Source: Chrysomallon squamiferum (Eukaryota; Animalia; Mollusca). Taken from it: a stretch of DNA of 64,000 nucleotides. A model generated the notes under the pieces. That model worked only from the letters and a program-made list of their open reading frames with translations. It searched no databases and was not told where the DNA came from. Positions 33,334 to 48,489 of this stretch are shown here, in pieces (position 1 is the first letter of the stretch; each line of letters opens with the position of its first letter). The stretch spans positions 9,858,001 to 9,922,000 of the forward strand of contig CM022665.1 in NCBI GenBank assembly GCA_012295275.1, in the 5' to 3' direction. Made by a program: the position numbers and the translations under genes.

Positions 33334-33800
33334 GGCATCAGTCATGATCATGTTATTATATTTTAAAAATATAAGAGCAACATAAAGTGTGCAGTTTCAG
33401 AATTGATGCTTGTCACGAAGACCCGGAAAACCTTTTCCACGTTGACTGACACACGGGGGCACAAATTTACGGTAATAAATGTCACCAATTTCACTAATAA
33501 TAAATAAATAACTGATCATTTTAAATCTTTTTTTTTTTTTTTTTTTTTTTTTCAGTTTTATTAAATACTGAGGGGAAAACAAAGTTTAAAAGAAATACAA
33601 ATTTGTTAATTAAATCCGTGAAATAGTGTACATGGTTTGTTATTTAACCAACCATATACGTACATACACACCCCAAATACTTGAATTATGCACATTATCG
33701 CACATTAATCCATTTTCACACATAAATATCTTATTTTTCAATTTGGTTTTGTAAACTATTTAAATTAATTCAGTTCAGAAAACGTATGTTTCCAGCTTGT

Positions 33801-33832
<32 letters not shown>

Positions 33833-36800
33833 AGAAGTCGTTCTGACAATGGAAATGGCATGTGCGAGTATATAATTAGTTATGAATATGAAGATGACAT
33901 TATAAATTTGAGTTTCTTTCTTTATTAATTTTAAGTGCTTTCCCGTAAATTAGAAAACAACTATATATGTCTGATAATGAACATCTACATAAGTGCCATT
34001 GACAGCTTTCTTTCATGTGAAAGCCCACTTGTATCTGCCTGATAGCTGTAAAGCTTCGTTCCCTGTCCGTCAATGACCATCGAGTTGAGATTAAAAGTAA
34101 TGTTATTGATTGGTTTGGCGCCAGGGGCATCCCGTGTCACGTACGCCTTTCATTTTCGGTACGGAGTCCCGCGATTTCAGCCCATTTATTTGTCTCTATT
34201 CGAATACAAACAGGCAAAGATGACAAATGCATTAAAGATTTGTGATGGCATAAACCGCCATTTGTTCCAAATTTTTTTATCCTCGAGAGGTTCTTCTAGG
34301 GGAGATAATTCGATAGACGTCCGGGCGGTGAGATCATGCATTTGAAATACCGCAAAAGAGCGGGGAATGTTTCTATAATGAAGAAGAAAAAAAAAAAAAA
34401 AAAAAAAGGTTTTAGTAACGCAGTTCTTTGTATTTACAAAAAGAAATCGATTTCTTAAAATAAAATATTGTCAAGTCCATCTACTAAGTAATACCCAGCG
34501 TGAAGTGTATGAAATGTTTAGAATAAATAGATAGTAATATAGTTTAAACAAAATCATACTATTTTGATGAGTATAAATAACTGTGAGTGACACATCATAG
34601 TACATTAGAACTTATTATTAGAAATACTTATTTTTAAAACATTATTTTGTTCTTGGTTTCCACTGATTTCCTTATCGCTTTCTACAACAGCTGTTGCTGC
34701 TGGTACGCTACTGTTTGTACTACTACTAACTACAACTACTACTATTACTACCACTACTTCTGCTGCTACTACTACTACTACTGCTGGTGCTGCTGCTGCT
34801 GTTGCTGTTATTACTACTACTACAACTACTACTGCTATTACTACTGCTCTACTACTACAACAATTACTATCACTACTACTATTACTACTAAAAATAATAA
34901 TAGTAAGAAGAAGAAGAAGAAAGAATTATTATTATTATTATTATTTATTAGTCTCGTATTTTTTTTTTTTTTTTTTTTTTTAAATACAGTTATTGTTATT
35001 TTACACTGTTTTACTCATTCATGGTTTACGTTACAAAGTAACAGTATCAGAATGGTTTAACGCTCGACTGTTCAGTTATTTTATATATTTTTTATAAACT
35101 ACAAATTTTCAGTTATTTTTATATACTTTAACAAAGCAACTTTTTACTTCCTAGAACTACACAAGCGGAGACACGTAAATATGCAATAGGTCCAAACTGA
35201 TAACTGCACTCATGAACTCATCCGAACGTACAGACAATCCCAAATAATTATTCTTACAATTTCTACCTACGGCTATTTGTCGGTGATGACAAAAAAGAAC
35301 CAACAGAACAACTGCAAGTGCCTCTTTGTTCTATATTTGTAAGTTTAACATCACGTTCTGAACTGGAGAGGTGGAATTAGCCCAAATCTGCCCGAGGCTT
35401 CATAAGTCATCACTAGAATCCCGTTCCAACCCGTGCTGCACTACATGCAGTGAGTTACTGTTATAAGAAAATTAATATAATGTCCAATGTGGTTGTAAAA
35501 ATAGGCAACTTTATATTTTTAACATATAAATCAGACTATTTTTTATATATATAAAAATGGATTCCAACCTGTTCTAATAATGAACTATAACAATAATAAA
35601 ACCTGTCTATCAGAATGTAGAGACGCTACCATTTGTTCTTTCGTAATATTTCATACATAATAAATGAAAAATATAAAATCCATGTATGGCTTTTGTTCTC
35701 ACAATCATGACAATGAATAACATTTTCGCAAAAACCATGAACCATTTTCAGCCTTTGGCTATTTGCTGGGTATGGCACGAACCTTTGTCCTTATTTTATT
35801 ATTGTAATTGTATCATAGAGTAAACTGTAGAGACGGGTTGCAGAATGCTTGATTACGAGTCCAACCCAAGAACACTGATTTTCTTCATGATGCAACCAGT
35901 GGTCCTCTGTAACAATGTATTAAATGTATCATGATGTAAAATTTACACTATGGACGCTAAGCAAAATTAATTATTAAAACAAAAAATCTAAAATAATAAA
36001 GATACATAATTAGGCCGCCGTCTTTTCTTCATTATAAAATCACTCGACATTTTTTTTTTCTTTCTGAATCTACTTCGTATACCAAAATACAAAATAATTT
36101 GATACCTTTTTTTTTTTTTTTTTTTAATATTGCATCTATATTTAGTGATGAAAAAATAATAAAACAAAGCTGAGTAAATTATCGGCATAGATGCCACATC
36201 AATTAAACTGTGTCTTCATATATAACGGCAAAATGGCAGTCTCTATATCTGTTGTAAATATCGATAAAATACCTAAACTTGAATTACGGATAAGTATGTA
36301 AAATGTATTTAAGGTTTTCGTTCATATACTAAAAGTAAAATTATGTATGCACACGCATACATTTTTTGTTTTATGTTTTGCTCTTTTTTTTCTCTTATTA
36401 AGAAAAACTAATATTACTTGCAATATAATTACACTGGATATTACAGTATAATGCATAATACAATACTTCGGTCTATCTTAAGAGACTGTGTTGTAAGTTT
36501 GTTTGTTTTTACCTTGACAATTCTGAAAACACGTAAATAATGAACTGGAAATAATATCAAAATCTGATATCAATAATACAAATAATAATGAAATTAATTT
36601 ACTGTACGTCACTGACATCTTGTCACGCTGGCAAAATTAATGATGCTTTTAGATCACGGAGATAATTTATTTTGTAATTTTTATAAAAGACATTTCATCG
36701 TGTTTGACAAAAAAAAAAAAAGAGACAGAAGTCACAGTTCCTGCTCACGGACACAAGGTAACAATAGTATGTTATTTACGAATAATGTTTAATGTACTCA

Positions 36801-37307
36801 AGTATAGAATATTTATCGTAAAATTACTAACAGGTGAAGTGAAAAAAAAAAAAATGAAAACAAATGAGAGAAAGCAATAAAAAAACAACCTGAAAAATCC
36901 ATGTGAATTAGGGTTTATACAATTGATTAAATATTGATTAAAAAATTGTTTTTGTAATCAAAACAAGCGACTCGGATTTTTGCCATCATAAAACGAGAAA
37001 TCAAAATATTTTGTAAAACTGAGTGGTAATGTGATATGCTTCCACTGGGATTTGCGGTTGTTTGAACATTGTGGTCTATCATGCTTAAATATTAAATCAT
37101 CCACTGTTATTATTATGAATTATGAAAACAAGCCTCTAGAAGTTAGTGTCAGATACCATCGAACAGCATCATTTTTTTTTTTTTTTTTTTCTGCTACGAC
37201 ATTTCTGTCAATATAATAATAATAGTTATTTGTTGTTTTAAATCTCGAGTTATTGATTTAAAAAAAAAAAAAAATTAAGTTACTTAATAAAAGTGAATAC
37301 TATTCAA

Positions 37308-37655
37308 CAATGAGGATTGTATTACAATAACGTAATGAAAATTAATTTTATTTGACAATGGACTATTTTAAAACAAATTAACTTAAAGAAACAAAAAGAA
37401 GAAAAATACTGTTTAAGAATGGACTTTATTAAAACAAAATAACTTAATGAGAAGAAAGCAGAAAAATACTTGATTTAGAATAGACTTTATTAAAACAAAG
37501 TAACGTAATGAAAAAAAAGAGAAGTAAAGTAGTGTTTAAGAATGGACTTTATTGAAACAAAGTAACGTAATAAAATTTAACAGTGGACTATATTAAAACA
37601 AAGTAACTTAATAAAATAAACAGCATTTAGTAATGGTTTATATTAAAACAAATTT
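37308..37655. repeat. Minisatellite, ~35-60-bp unit
   Basis: Recurrent AATGGACTTTATTAAAACAAAGTAAC(T/G)TAAT; 6-7 copies. Confidence 0.85.
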
Positions 37656-38904
37656 AATAATTTTAAAAAGTTATTATATATTAATTTTTTTTTTTTTTAA
37701 TCTAGTCAAGTCTTTATATTTATTAAGTATCCCATTCTTAAACAGTAGTTATTTCTAGTATTAACTACTTTATGAATATCCATTTTCATCAGTTATCTGA
37801 AGTTAAAATTACGTGTATTTTTTACTAAATAACTGTTTGAAATAAAATACGTTTACTTGTACTTCTTGTTTGATCCAGCGTATTTAATTAATATATCTAT
37901 TTTAATGTTCATAATAAATGTTCGGACTTACGTTTTTAATCTTTATAAATGTCAGCGTAGACTTCTGAAACTGTGTATGAAGACGTAATAATGGTAGAGT
38001 GTTAGATGCAACAGCTGTCACAAAAATGACAGATGCGGTAAGGAAAAAACTGGATACAAAATTGAAAAAAAGATTTTATTTCTCTTGTTTGTTTGTTCGT
38101 TTTTATTTTTGTTGTTGTTTAAAAAAAAATAAAAAAATAAAGTAAGAGAAACGCATTCATTTTATTATTACAGTTGTTGTTGTTATTATTATTGTTGTTA
38201 TTGTTGTTGTTATTTCTTCTTATTATTATTATCATTGTTATTATTCCTGCAGGGCATTATTGCCTTTGTCATTGCCATCTCAGCTGTTATTGCTATTATA
38301 GCGACGATTCCAGAGATACTGTCACAATTTAAGCTAAATGATCATCTTGCCTTACACTGATTATATTTTTATTTTGTAATAATTTCTACAAAATAGGAAA
38401 TCGTCTGGTGACATCCCATGCGTTGCTTTTCACGGGATCGTTAATATAAGCCTCCCCATAAACAGAAAGAAAGTAACACCGATATATTATCGTTAAAAAT
38501 ACGAATATCTATTCGCAAATAATAGTTCTCTTACTGTCACTTTTTGATTAAATTCTTAATAAAATTTTGAAAAGTGGTCTCTATTTCCAATTAATATATA
38601 TATATAATATTAACTTTTAGCTAAAAATATTTAATAAATCTTCAACGAACAATAATAACTGACCTTTACTTAATGATACTTAATTAACATTCAGCTGAAT
38701 CATATCGGCTTTAACCTTCAACTAAATTACATCTGAATTCCTGTTAACCATCACGATGTTCATTCAACCCTGAAAGCTTAAAATGATGAAATACATCGTG
38801 TATAAATCCCATAGCATTAAAACATATGAACTGATTACAGTGTATAATACAATGTAATAGTACTTTTGCGTCGGAGTTACATACATTTATGTATATTGTC
38901 TATT

Positions 38905-39210
38905 CTACAACAGCAACAACAACAACAACTGCCACTACTACTACTACCATTAACTACATCAACAATAAAAACTACTAGTACTTTAACAGCTTCTGCTACT
39001 GCTGCTACTTTTACTACTATTAACTACTACTACCACGATTATTACTACTACAGCTACTGTTTCTACTATTACCATTACTACTAATGTTATTACTACTACT
39101 ATTGCAGCTACTGTTATGAATAATATTATTACTACTGTATATTACTACTACTACTATTATTATTGATTAAATATTAAATACTACTACTATCACCGCTACT
39201 ACTTCTGCTG

Positions 39211-39253
<43 letters not shown>

Positions 39254-39275
39254 CGGTATCACTATTACTACTAAT
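38905..39275. repeat. Degenerate (ACT)n trinucleotide low-complexity tract
   Basis: Directly visible; similar tracts near 23850-24120, 34690-34940 and 63580-63720. Confidence 0.9.
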
Positions 39276-39741
39276 TATATTATCACTGGTACTACAGTCA
39301 CTTCTATTACGACTGTCGTACCTACTCCTCAACTATTACGTCCGCAGAGACATTTACGATTTCGATATTTTAGACATTTCTTCTATCATTAATAAAGATT
39401 AAAAACATAAAATAAAATAATAAAAAAATAAAAAGTCCTAGAAAGCCCAGCAATCTGCTTTTTGGAAGATTTAAAACTCCGAATAACAGCCCATCCCACT
39501 TCAGCTGTCGATGCACATTCAAGTCACACCTGCGTCAGTGAAATATTTCAAGTCGAAATCTTACGTCTTTTTGTTTGCAGTATTTACGTACATTAGCCAA
39601 ACAGCTAAGTGCAGTTGGCAAAAGATCAATTACAGGATGTAAGAATTGAAAAAAATTAGGGTCCGTGCCTAAACCAAACTGAAACAATTTAGAACTGATC
39701 AGTGCAATAGATATGATTCTTGTTTAATAATGATATAACAG

Positions 39742-39945
39742 AACAAGATCCGCTGCTGAACTCAGTGGGATACCCTTATTTATTAGCAAGAAGACCGTTA
39801 ATGTAAACCTTTCCACTGACAAGAAAACAAACCACTTTTTCTGGTACAGCTGTCATAGAAAATAAGCTAGAATGGGAAATAGAACAGAGATAACACCAAG
39901 GAGAATCAATCTTACGACTGCTTGTATCTCAGGCTGGCGCTTTTA
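39742..39945 (-). mobile_element. Degenerate SINE-like repeat
   Basis: CCGCTGC..ATTAGCAAG..TTCCAC.GACAAG..GCTAGAATGGGAAATAG..GAATCAATC; same motif order as the other copies. Confidence 0.45.
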
Positions 39946-40018
39946 TAGTTTATAGTTTGTACCATATATACTGAATTAAAAAGTTAGCATTATTATTATT
40001 TCTTTTTATTTATTTATG

Positions 40019-40057
<39 letters not shown>

Positions 40058-40890
40058 TTTTTTTTCTTTCGTTTTTGAATGGACACTTCTCGAATGGATG
40101 TGGATTAAAAACAATATCATTTTGTGGACCAGAATTAATTGCTATTCATGATTTTCATATCTTCATGACATTACTGCAAAAAGCACGACCCATTAAAACT
40201 AACTGAACCAATATTTCACAAATCCTACATTTTGTACTTCAAAATTTTATGAATTTTTAGGAGAATTTTCTTTTTTTAAAATCATTTTCCTAATCTTCAT
40301 TCTTGGATCTATATAATTGTGTTTCGATTCATCTCCATATTATTATTTTTTTTTTAAACATCTTCGCGTTACAGCAATTATACTTTTTCTTTTTAAATAT
40401 CATCCTGGTATATGTATTTAAGATATAATACTTTAAAAACAAAGAAAAAAATAATTGATTTTCATTCACAAAGACGAGACCATGTTATATAAACTTCCCG
40501 GGTCTTGTGAGATTGGTTCCTTTACTGTCCTAGAGACTGCAGCCAATAACCCTGTGATAAATTTTATTGATAATTCATGTCTTCTTTTTATGTTTTATTG
40601 TCCGGCGGTCTTAATTAAGATCAGTCTAAACTTAGAACTTATTTCTTTTCCCAAATAAATCACATCCCACGATTGTAAAAGATCCTCATTTGATTTGCAT
40701 GGTTATTTATTTATTTATTTGTTTTGTTTTGTTTTGTTTTGTTTTGTTTTGTTTTGTTTTATTTTATTTTATTTTTATTTGTATTTGTATTTTATTTTTG
40801 TTTTATTCTGTTTTAATTTCCTTACGATTTTATTTCTAGAATTAGTTTTAAATATAATCTACCTCTGAGTTTTCATTACTAAGAATAACA

Positions 40891-40939
<49 letters not shown>

Positions 40940-41247
40940 GTAAATTACTAAATAAATAAGTTAATAAGATAATAATTAAAAAAAAAAAAAACAACAACAA
41001 CAACAATAAAAATAAAATAACTCTTCTGTCGGAATTACCAAATATCTGACAATACAAAACGAATCTATAACATGTTGCTCTGAAGTGTCATGAAACATTA
41101 CAAGCTAACACGCTGAAACAAGTCAGTTCTGAATAATAGTATTGATATCATTCAATGAACAATATCACTGACATAATGCAGGGTTTCTGCATCTGGATAA
41201 CTACTTTCTAATTCTGATTTTATGCATAATTTCTGATGTCTCCAAAG

Positions 41248-41528
41248 CTGGGGCGGACCTAGAGGTGGAGGTCCAAAGTGTCCGGACCACCCTCAAATTT
41301 GAGAAGTGCCCCTTTTATTTAGGAGTTTTAGGTTTTTTTTTTACAAAATATTGGCATTTTCGGTCAATGAATAGAACGCTGAAGAATACATCTGCCAGCG
41401 TGTTGTATACACTATTATATTATGGTCCATGTGAACCGTGTGTAATTTTTAAATAGTGTTTTCATAATGTTATGTTGCCCTTTTTTTCCTGGACTCCCCT
41501 CTCGTCAGAAAAGCTGGATCCACCCCAG
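41248..41528. mobile_element. MITE with GC-rich terminal inverted repeats (PIF/Harbinger-like)
   Basis: Left CTGGGGCGGACCTAG versus right CTGGATCCACCCCAG (reverse complement CTGGGGTGGATCCAG); internal TGCCC(C)TTTT motif occurs twice. Confidence 0.7.
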
Positions 41529-44189
41529 TTTATAATATAGATTGTTATAATACTCGAATATGACAAGCCCAGACAAAGCATCAGATACATAGTTACAATT
41601 TATTAAATAAGGTATTCCAGTACTCTAATGTGGTTTGCCTAAGGTAGCTAATGAACGGGTCCAAAACGTTCATAAAATTTATTATTTTAATACACACAGT
41701 GAGGTATGTTCAGTTTGTTTCTATTTCCAGAAGCTGTATCCAGTTTTTAATTCACGGATATGATATCGTGTCAACAGGTAATGAATATGTTACTTTATAC
41801 CTTATAAAATAAGTTATTTTAATTCTGGAAGATTTTGATTTCGGTGTATAATATTAATTCACGTATATGATCAGATTTCAAGATTTCATATCGTTTTATT
41901 GCTTATTAAATGCTATATTTTAATTCATAAATATGTTTTTAATAGATAGTTTTTAATTTGAATTACGAAATATAATATACTTCACCAAGTATGGGATATG
42001 TCCACGTAGCTATAAAATTCTTTATTAATAATTTTGCAGTATAATAGCAAGCTTGTAGCGTTTTCTGAAGCTGTATGCATGGCGATGAACGAACTGCTTG
42101 TGTCCGATCGTAACTGTAGAAAAGACAGTCTACAGATTTTCATACGGATACATACACAAAAGACACTAAAGACATCGATACAAAAGTTTATGTTTGGACA
42201 TTATAATATTATATATGGCTTAAATTCTAATATTTTTTTCTTTTCGTAGGATCCTTTATCCTTTAAGAGTTCATATATTCGCATAAACAGATTTTCTACC
42301 TCTGGGATTTAAATACGGAAAGGAAAGCCAGACATTTAATTTCCATATAATCATAAATAGATGACTTTAAGTCATTCTTGCGAAACTTATATAACTGCGT
42401 GTGTAAATATTTCATCATTTCACATTAGTCTGAACATAATTTGTAAAGAAATATAATAGTTTTACTTAAATTTTGTATGCAGCAGAATGTCAATGGATCA
42501 ACTGTATCCAGTGATCAGTAACAAAGGAAAATAAGATTTCAAAAAAGTATAGTGAGAAAAATGATGATGTTGGAATATCCTGTATCTTGTGGTATATCGG
42601 CTTGCTGGCCACTCGGATAAAACTTCATGTCTGTTTAGATTTGTCCTAAAGCAAAACTACGATCAATAATACCGTAACTCATATTCCATTTTCTGTTTTC
42701 CAGTATTTATCGTCAATGTCATCACTACACTTTGTGACAAAACCAAGTAACAGAAAATAACGCAGACCACTGTCACATTGTATATAAGGTCAAGGCCTTC
42801 TACATTTAATCTTGACTATGTGAAAACGGTAACTCATATCGATGGTTATTTTACTTCAGTCATTTCCAGGTAACATTTTATACTATACATTTTCCAGTTT
42901 TGTATTCATTAATTGATTTTCTAAGCATCTTTATGGTTTAGAAATTATATTTGGAAAGCTTATTATTTATACAGATTCAGTATTATATTAATCAAAGCTG
43001 GCCGTTATATGGCTTAACAGCTTTCTCTGCTTGACCAACCTGTGTTCTCAGTTCTTCTGTTTCTTGCAGAATACAACTGATATGCACCTTTAATGTTTGT
43101 GGAATTATAACTGCTCATTTGAAATAATATCATTTCATTCATCCTGGCAAATAATCGTAGAACATTAACATTATACAGCACAAACATTTCATAAATGAAT
43201 TAATCTGATTTATGTGATTTAATTTGTAAGTGCGCGTACAAGCATCTTTCAGAAAACACGCAAACATACGTTTAACGATGCTTTACTAATTCAATACTTC
43301 CACTTAATAAATTCTTTTGGATGGTTTTTGGTTCATGTGTAAACGGAGAATAGGGATATTTATATAAATGATTTCTGCAAAGCTTCGATGGGCATAATCA
43401 GGCTGTAGCTGGAAAATATAATCAATTAAATGTGTAATACTTGTATTTAAATTTCAACAATAAAGACGTCAAAGCAGAATGCGGATTTTAATGAGTTTTT
43501 AATGCTGCAAATGTCAAATTATCACATGGTTCATTACTTTCTCGTTACTCACGTTTTGTGAAGAGAATTGTAATACTTCTTTGCTTGTTTCAGTGAATTC
43601 ATGTTGGTTTTTGCATTTGTCAGTAATAAACAAAAATCAATTAGTCATGTTGTTTGTTTGTTTTTGTTTGATAACCTGTTTTTCTGTTTATTGACTGAAC
43701 GAACACTGATATATACACATAACGCACACAAACGTATATCGATTTTTTTGATATGTACCTTAATTTTGAGATGCATAGCTCAACAAAACCATACAAAAAA
43801 ACGAACAAAAAGCCCCCAAAACACCAAAAAAAAACACCAAATAATAATAATAATAATAATAATAAAAGATCCCCAAAAATAGAAAGAGTGAAACGTGAAG
43901 GAAATGCAGAAAGAAAGAGAGAGAGAGAGAGAAAAACATATCATACATATATTGATACATGTATAGATAGGTGTTCCCAGTATAAATATAGAAACACAAA
44001 GACAAAAGAGTTTGTGAAGAAATTAACTGCAGCTAAGTTATAGCAATTCGTGTATTTGGTTGCAGTATCGATCATGTTAGACTGTCTTTCCTGGATGGTT
44101 AACCAAAGACTGTGGTATGTACTGACTTGTCAAAGAGATGTAAAATATCAGTTAATCGAAAATGAGTAGCCTACCGATAACTCAAACAT

Positions 44190-44235
<46 letters not shown>

Positions 44236-46804
44236 TTATTTTTTTTTTTTTATTTTTTTTTTTTTTTTTTTGAAGGAGGGAATTTGTCATAATTTTAACT
44301 ATTATTATATAATACGCATATAACCATAGATTAAAAATGTGATAAGTGTCTAATTAAATTCGTCATAATCACTTTTCCTTTCAGTTTTTGAAACATCTTC
44401 ATAAATAAGTAAAATCAGAAGGTGAAAGGATAATGATGCAGTTCTATCAGTTATCTTTCACATTTATTATTCACAACTCTTCTTATCACAAAAGGCAAAC
44501 GCCCAAACATTTTCAGTTATACGTTTATTATTCAACAATTTCTCTAACTCTTTTAAAATGATCATAACCGTTGATATCATGTTAAAATGGTTTCCATTAC
44601 ACAGAGCAAGTTTCCAAGCTAATTTTTCTTTAATAGATAAATTAAGTAATTAAGGTAAATCTTTCATTATATAAAGAAATAGTCTAAAATATATTCTACG
44701 TACTTCCAAAGTATATTTTATCTATTTGTTAGCAGTCCAGCCTTATTAGCGATGTATAATAACAAAAACGTACAGTTCAACAAATATCTGGTTGCCGCCA
44801 TTTTTCTGAATTTGTGACTTCATCACATACTGAGTCGACCGATTTGCACTGCTTTCTTTCCACGTTGTCAATAAACTAATATAGCTTTGAGTTCGCTATG
44901 CGTGTGCGTGACAACGTCACTATTCAAGTAAGGTTATAGTTTGTAATATACGACAATAGGTCAATTAATAGCAGATACAAATAATTACTTGCATGTATCA
45001 CGAGTTTAAGAAAGCCCGAAGCACGCCAGTAATTTGAAAACGCCGAACAAAAAAAAACCAAAAAAAAAAACCGAAAGAAACATAATTGAGAAGGAGAAGA
45101 GGAAAAAAGACGTAGAAGAAGAAGAAATCTATTTTCAAGGACTATCAAAATAATTGATGTATCGCAGAATACTTCAGATTTTTATCTTATAATCTTGAGT
45201 GTTGTTATTTATATCGAAGCAGTAGCCTATTTTAAAGACAAAGGTATATGAGAGTAAGGAATTATTATTATTATTTTTGTTTTTGTTTGTTAAGAGATAA
45301 CTGTTGGAGGAATAAACGTATATCAAATAAAAATCTACCTTCACTATAGAATAAAATAAGTAAATGAAGGAATAAATAAATAAATAAATAAATAACAACA
45401 GTAATGAAATAATTATGATGATGATGATGAAGATAATCATCATTATCATCGTCACTGTCATCATCATACAAAAAATAAAGCATTAGTTAAATACACATTC
45501 TCCTAAAATAAATTCTAATAATACAAAGAAAAACAAATATAATTTATAATAATAATAATAATAATAATAATAATTATAATAAAAATACAAACTACCACTT
45601 CAAGAACAACATGCAATATTACACATGTGCCGCTCCAGCCTCTGTTGTACTATTACAGTTTTCTTGTAATAGATTTCAAGTTCCTGTGAATAGAGCGATC
45701 AGTTTTCTAAAAAAAAAAAAAAAAAAAAAAAAACGCGAGTACATAATACAGAAGTCACTTTATACTGGAGTTTAGGCAATTTATTATATATGTTTTTTTT
45801 TTTTGTATTAAGGTATTTATTTATTTATGTATTTATTATTAATATTATTATTATTATTATTTTTATTATTATTATTATTACTTTTTTTTAAAGAGTCGAT
45901 TTAGGTTTAATTATCAGATAGATAGATAGATAGATAGATAGAAATAGACAGATAGACAGATAGATAGTTAGATAGAAAGATAAATAAATAAAATAGAAGT
46001 AACAGAGGTAGCAATAGTGGTACTGATGATAATGATAACGATGATGAAATAATAATAATAAATAGTAGTAGTAGTAGTAGTAGCAGTAGCAATAGTAATA
46101 ATCTATAGTTTTATTTATTAATTTAAATGTTTTGAATACTCATAATTATTGTTTGAAGGAAATATGAGCTCACAAAAATCCTATAAAAAATTCAGTAATA
46201 ACAGTAAATCTTTACCTTCATCAGTGTAAATTATATTTAAAGTCCTGCTACTACTAGTAACATAATTACAATGAAATCAGATATTCCCAGTTTACTAAAT
46301 TCTTTTTCTCATGTAAATTCCATGACCTTTGTCTTCTAAATATCTGTTACCGATTCAGTAATTTTTGGTGATTGGTTTTTTTTTGTAGTTTTTTTTTGTT
46401 TGTATTGATAAACTTGTAATCAAGTCTTATGTACATTTTAGGAAATTCTAACACACTTTTTACTTTTTTACTTCAAAATGATGAATCATTTTCCAATTTT
46501 ATCTGTTTTCTTTGGCCTTTTTTCCTCAGATTTTTCATTCTCTTGTGAATTCTCTTTATAAATGCTACAAATTAGCTCAGGCTAAACTTTGATTGCAGAT
46601 ATCTTGCGTTAATTTTGTGTTTTACAAGAGATAGACAGCTTGTCAGAAAGGTAAGGAGGAGTGAATGAAATGATTAATAAATGAATACATTAGAGAACGA
46701 ATGATTAGATGGGTTAACAGGTGAATGACAGGAAAACAGCTATCGTAGCATTTCATAGAATAGGATATAACCCAAAGAAAAAACAAGTGAAACTGATGCA
46801 CAAC

Positions 46805-47210
46805 ATACATATGAACATATATTAGAACACACGTTATATGATCCTATATTAGAACACACGTTATATGATCCTATATAAGAATATGTGATAATAAATAAGA
46901 ACACACACGTTGTTATAGTATAATAGAAATACGTTTGGTGTTCATGTGCAGGAACATATACGTGTTGTGTCCGCATATACGAATGTAGATATGACGATTA
47001 TACACAAGAAGATACATATTGTAACCATGTATACGTAATACGTGTTGTGATTATGTGTAAGGACATATATGTTATAATCACGTATGATGACATACGTCAA
47101 AGATACGTTTTGATCATGTATAAGAATACACATATTGCGAATATATATATATATATATATATATAATGTGATCATACATAAGAAATACACGATGTAATCA
47201 TGTATAAAAC
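46805..47210. repeat. Degenerate minisatellite, ~27-bp unit
   Basis: TATATTAGAACACACGTTATATGATCC occurs twice exactly, followed by progressively diverged copies. Confidence 0.75.
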
Positions 47211-48489
47211 AAGGAAATATATCTACAAGAGATCTAATTTTCTACATAGCCATACATTACTTATCTGATTTTACCAAACGAAATTGACTGAAGATGAAGA
47301 AATAAACTCTTTCATATCTGATTTATCAAACCGACAAATCAGATCAAACAACGACACTTTGTACTTGACATTTTAACTTTCTCCAAAACTTTCGCTTTTA
47401 ACGTAATTCCCAAGAGATTAAATTAATGTCATGTCGTATGACAGTTAATAGAAAAATCAATCATAGTTTTTTTTATATATATATTTTTTTTTTTTCAAGG
47501 GTTTTGCTATAATTAGTTAAAAAAAAAATTTGTTTGATTTTCAATTATCCTTTTCTAACCCGTGTTAGATACATCATCATCTGCTAAAGCAAACTCATTT
47601 GAACAGATTAATCAGATTAAAACAAATACATGATCAAAAAAAAAAAAAAAAAAATGTTTTGATCATCTCTACTATATTAATGTTATAATATCTTCGTCAG
47701 AAATAATAACTGCAGTATCTTCTTTAAGTAGTGGATTATGCTTTTATACATACTGTGCTACCCGTCCAATAATTAACAAATAATAATAACGATTTGTCTA
47801 TTTATTACAGAATATTCAACTATTCGTTTTAACTGGTTGATTGACTAAACCTGATATATTTGTCTGAACGAAATTTAATAGATTCTTTTTTAAATTTTTA
47901 TTTCCTGTATAATCATACTAAAGTGCACATAGTTAAAACACGGATATATATGAATTTGAAAATATTCATCTGATTTTGAAAAGACGTTTAATGGAAAGCT
48001 ATATTCTAAATTGTATCCGGTGCTGGGAGAATTAATCAATATCATTTCCACGATAAATGTGAGTTTTCAAGAATACCGTGTACTTCTTAAAGTCCTTTAG
48101 AAGGAGGCGTAACATATTCCATTTATTAAGGAATATGATTAAATTCATACAAATTCGTATTTATTGAGAAACTGAACACGTCGCATCAACTTATATAACG
48201 GGAAAAGCAATAACAACAACTAACACGTAAATTCTTTATAGCCGAAGGATGGACCGCAGATATCTTGATCAGTAGCCCAAGAAATGTTCTACAACCGAAA
48301 ACAAACTATGAAACTGAGGAACTAATGGGAATCGACCCGATATAAAACAAGCGTTAATTCATTTGTCCTGTTAACGGCGAACTGAATGCATAGTCAAAAA
48401 GCAACAGTATTATATGTATTTTTAACTTCGTCGAATATCGGTTTGTTATGGATTAATCTGGGATTGTACACTAAATAAACCGAACAACT

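Noticed and set aside
34647-35060. Cys/Tyr-rich 137-aa ORF
   Set aside because: Derived from (CTA)/(CTG) trinucleotide low-complexity tracts; no ATG start and no splice support.
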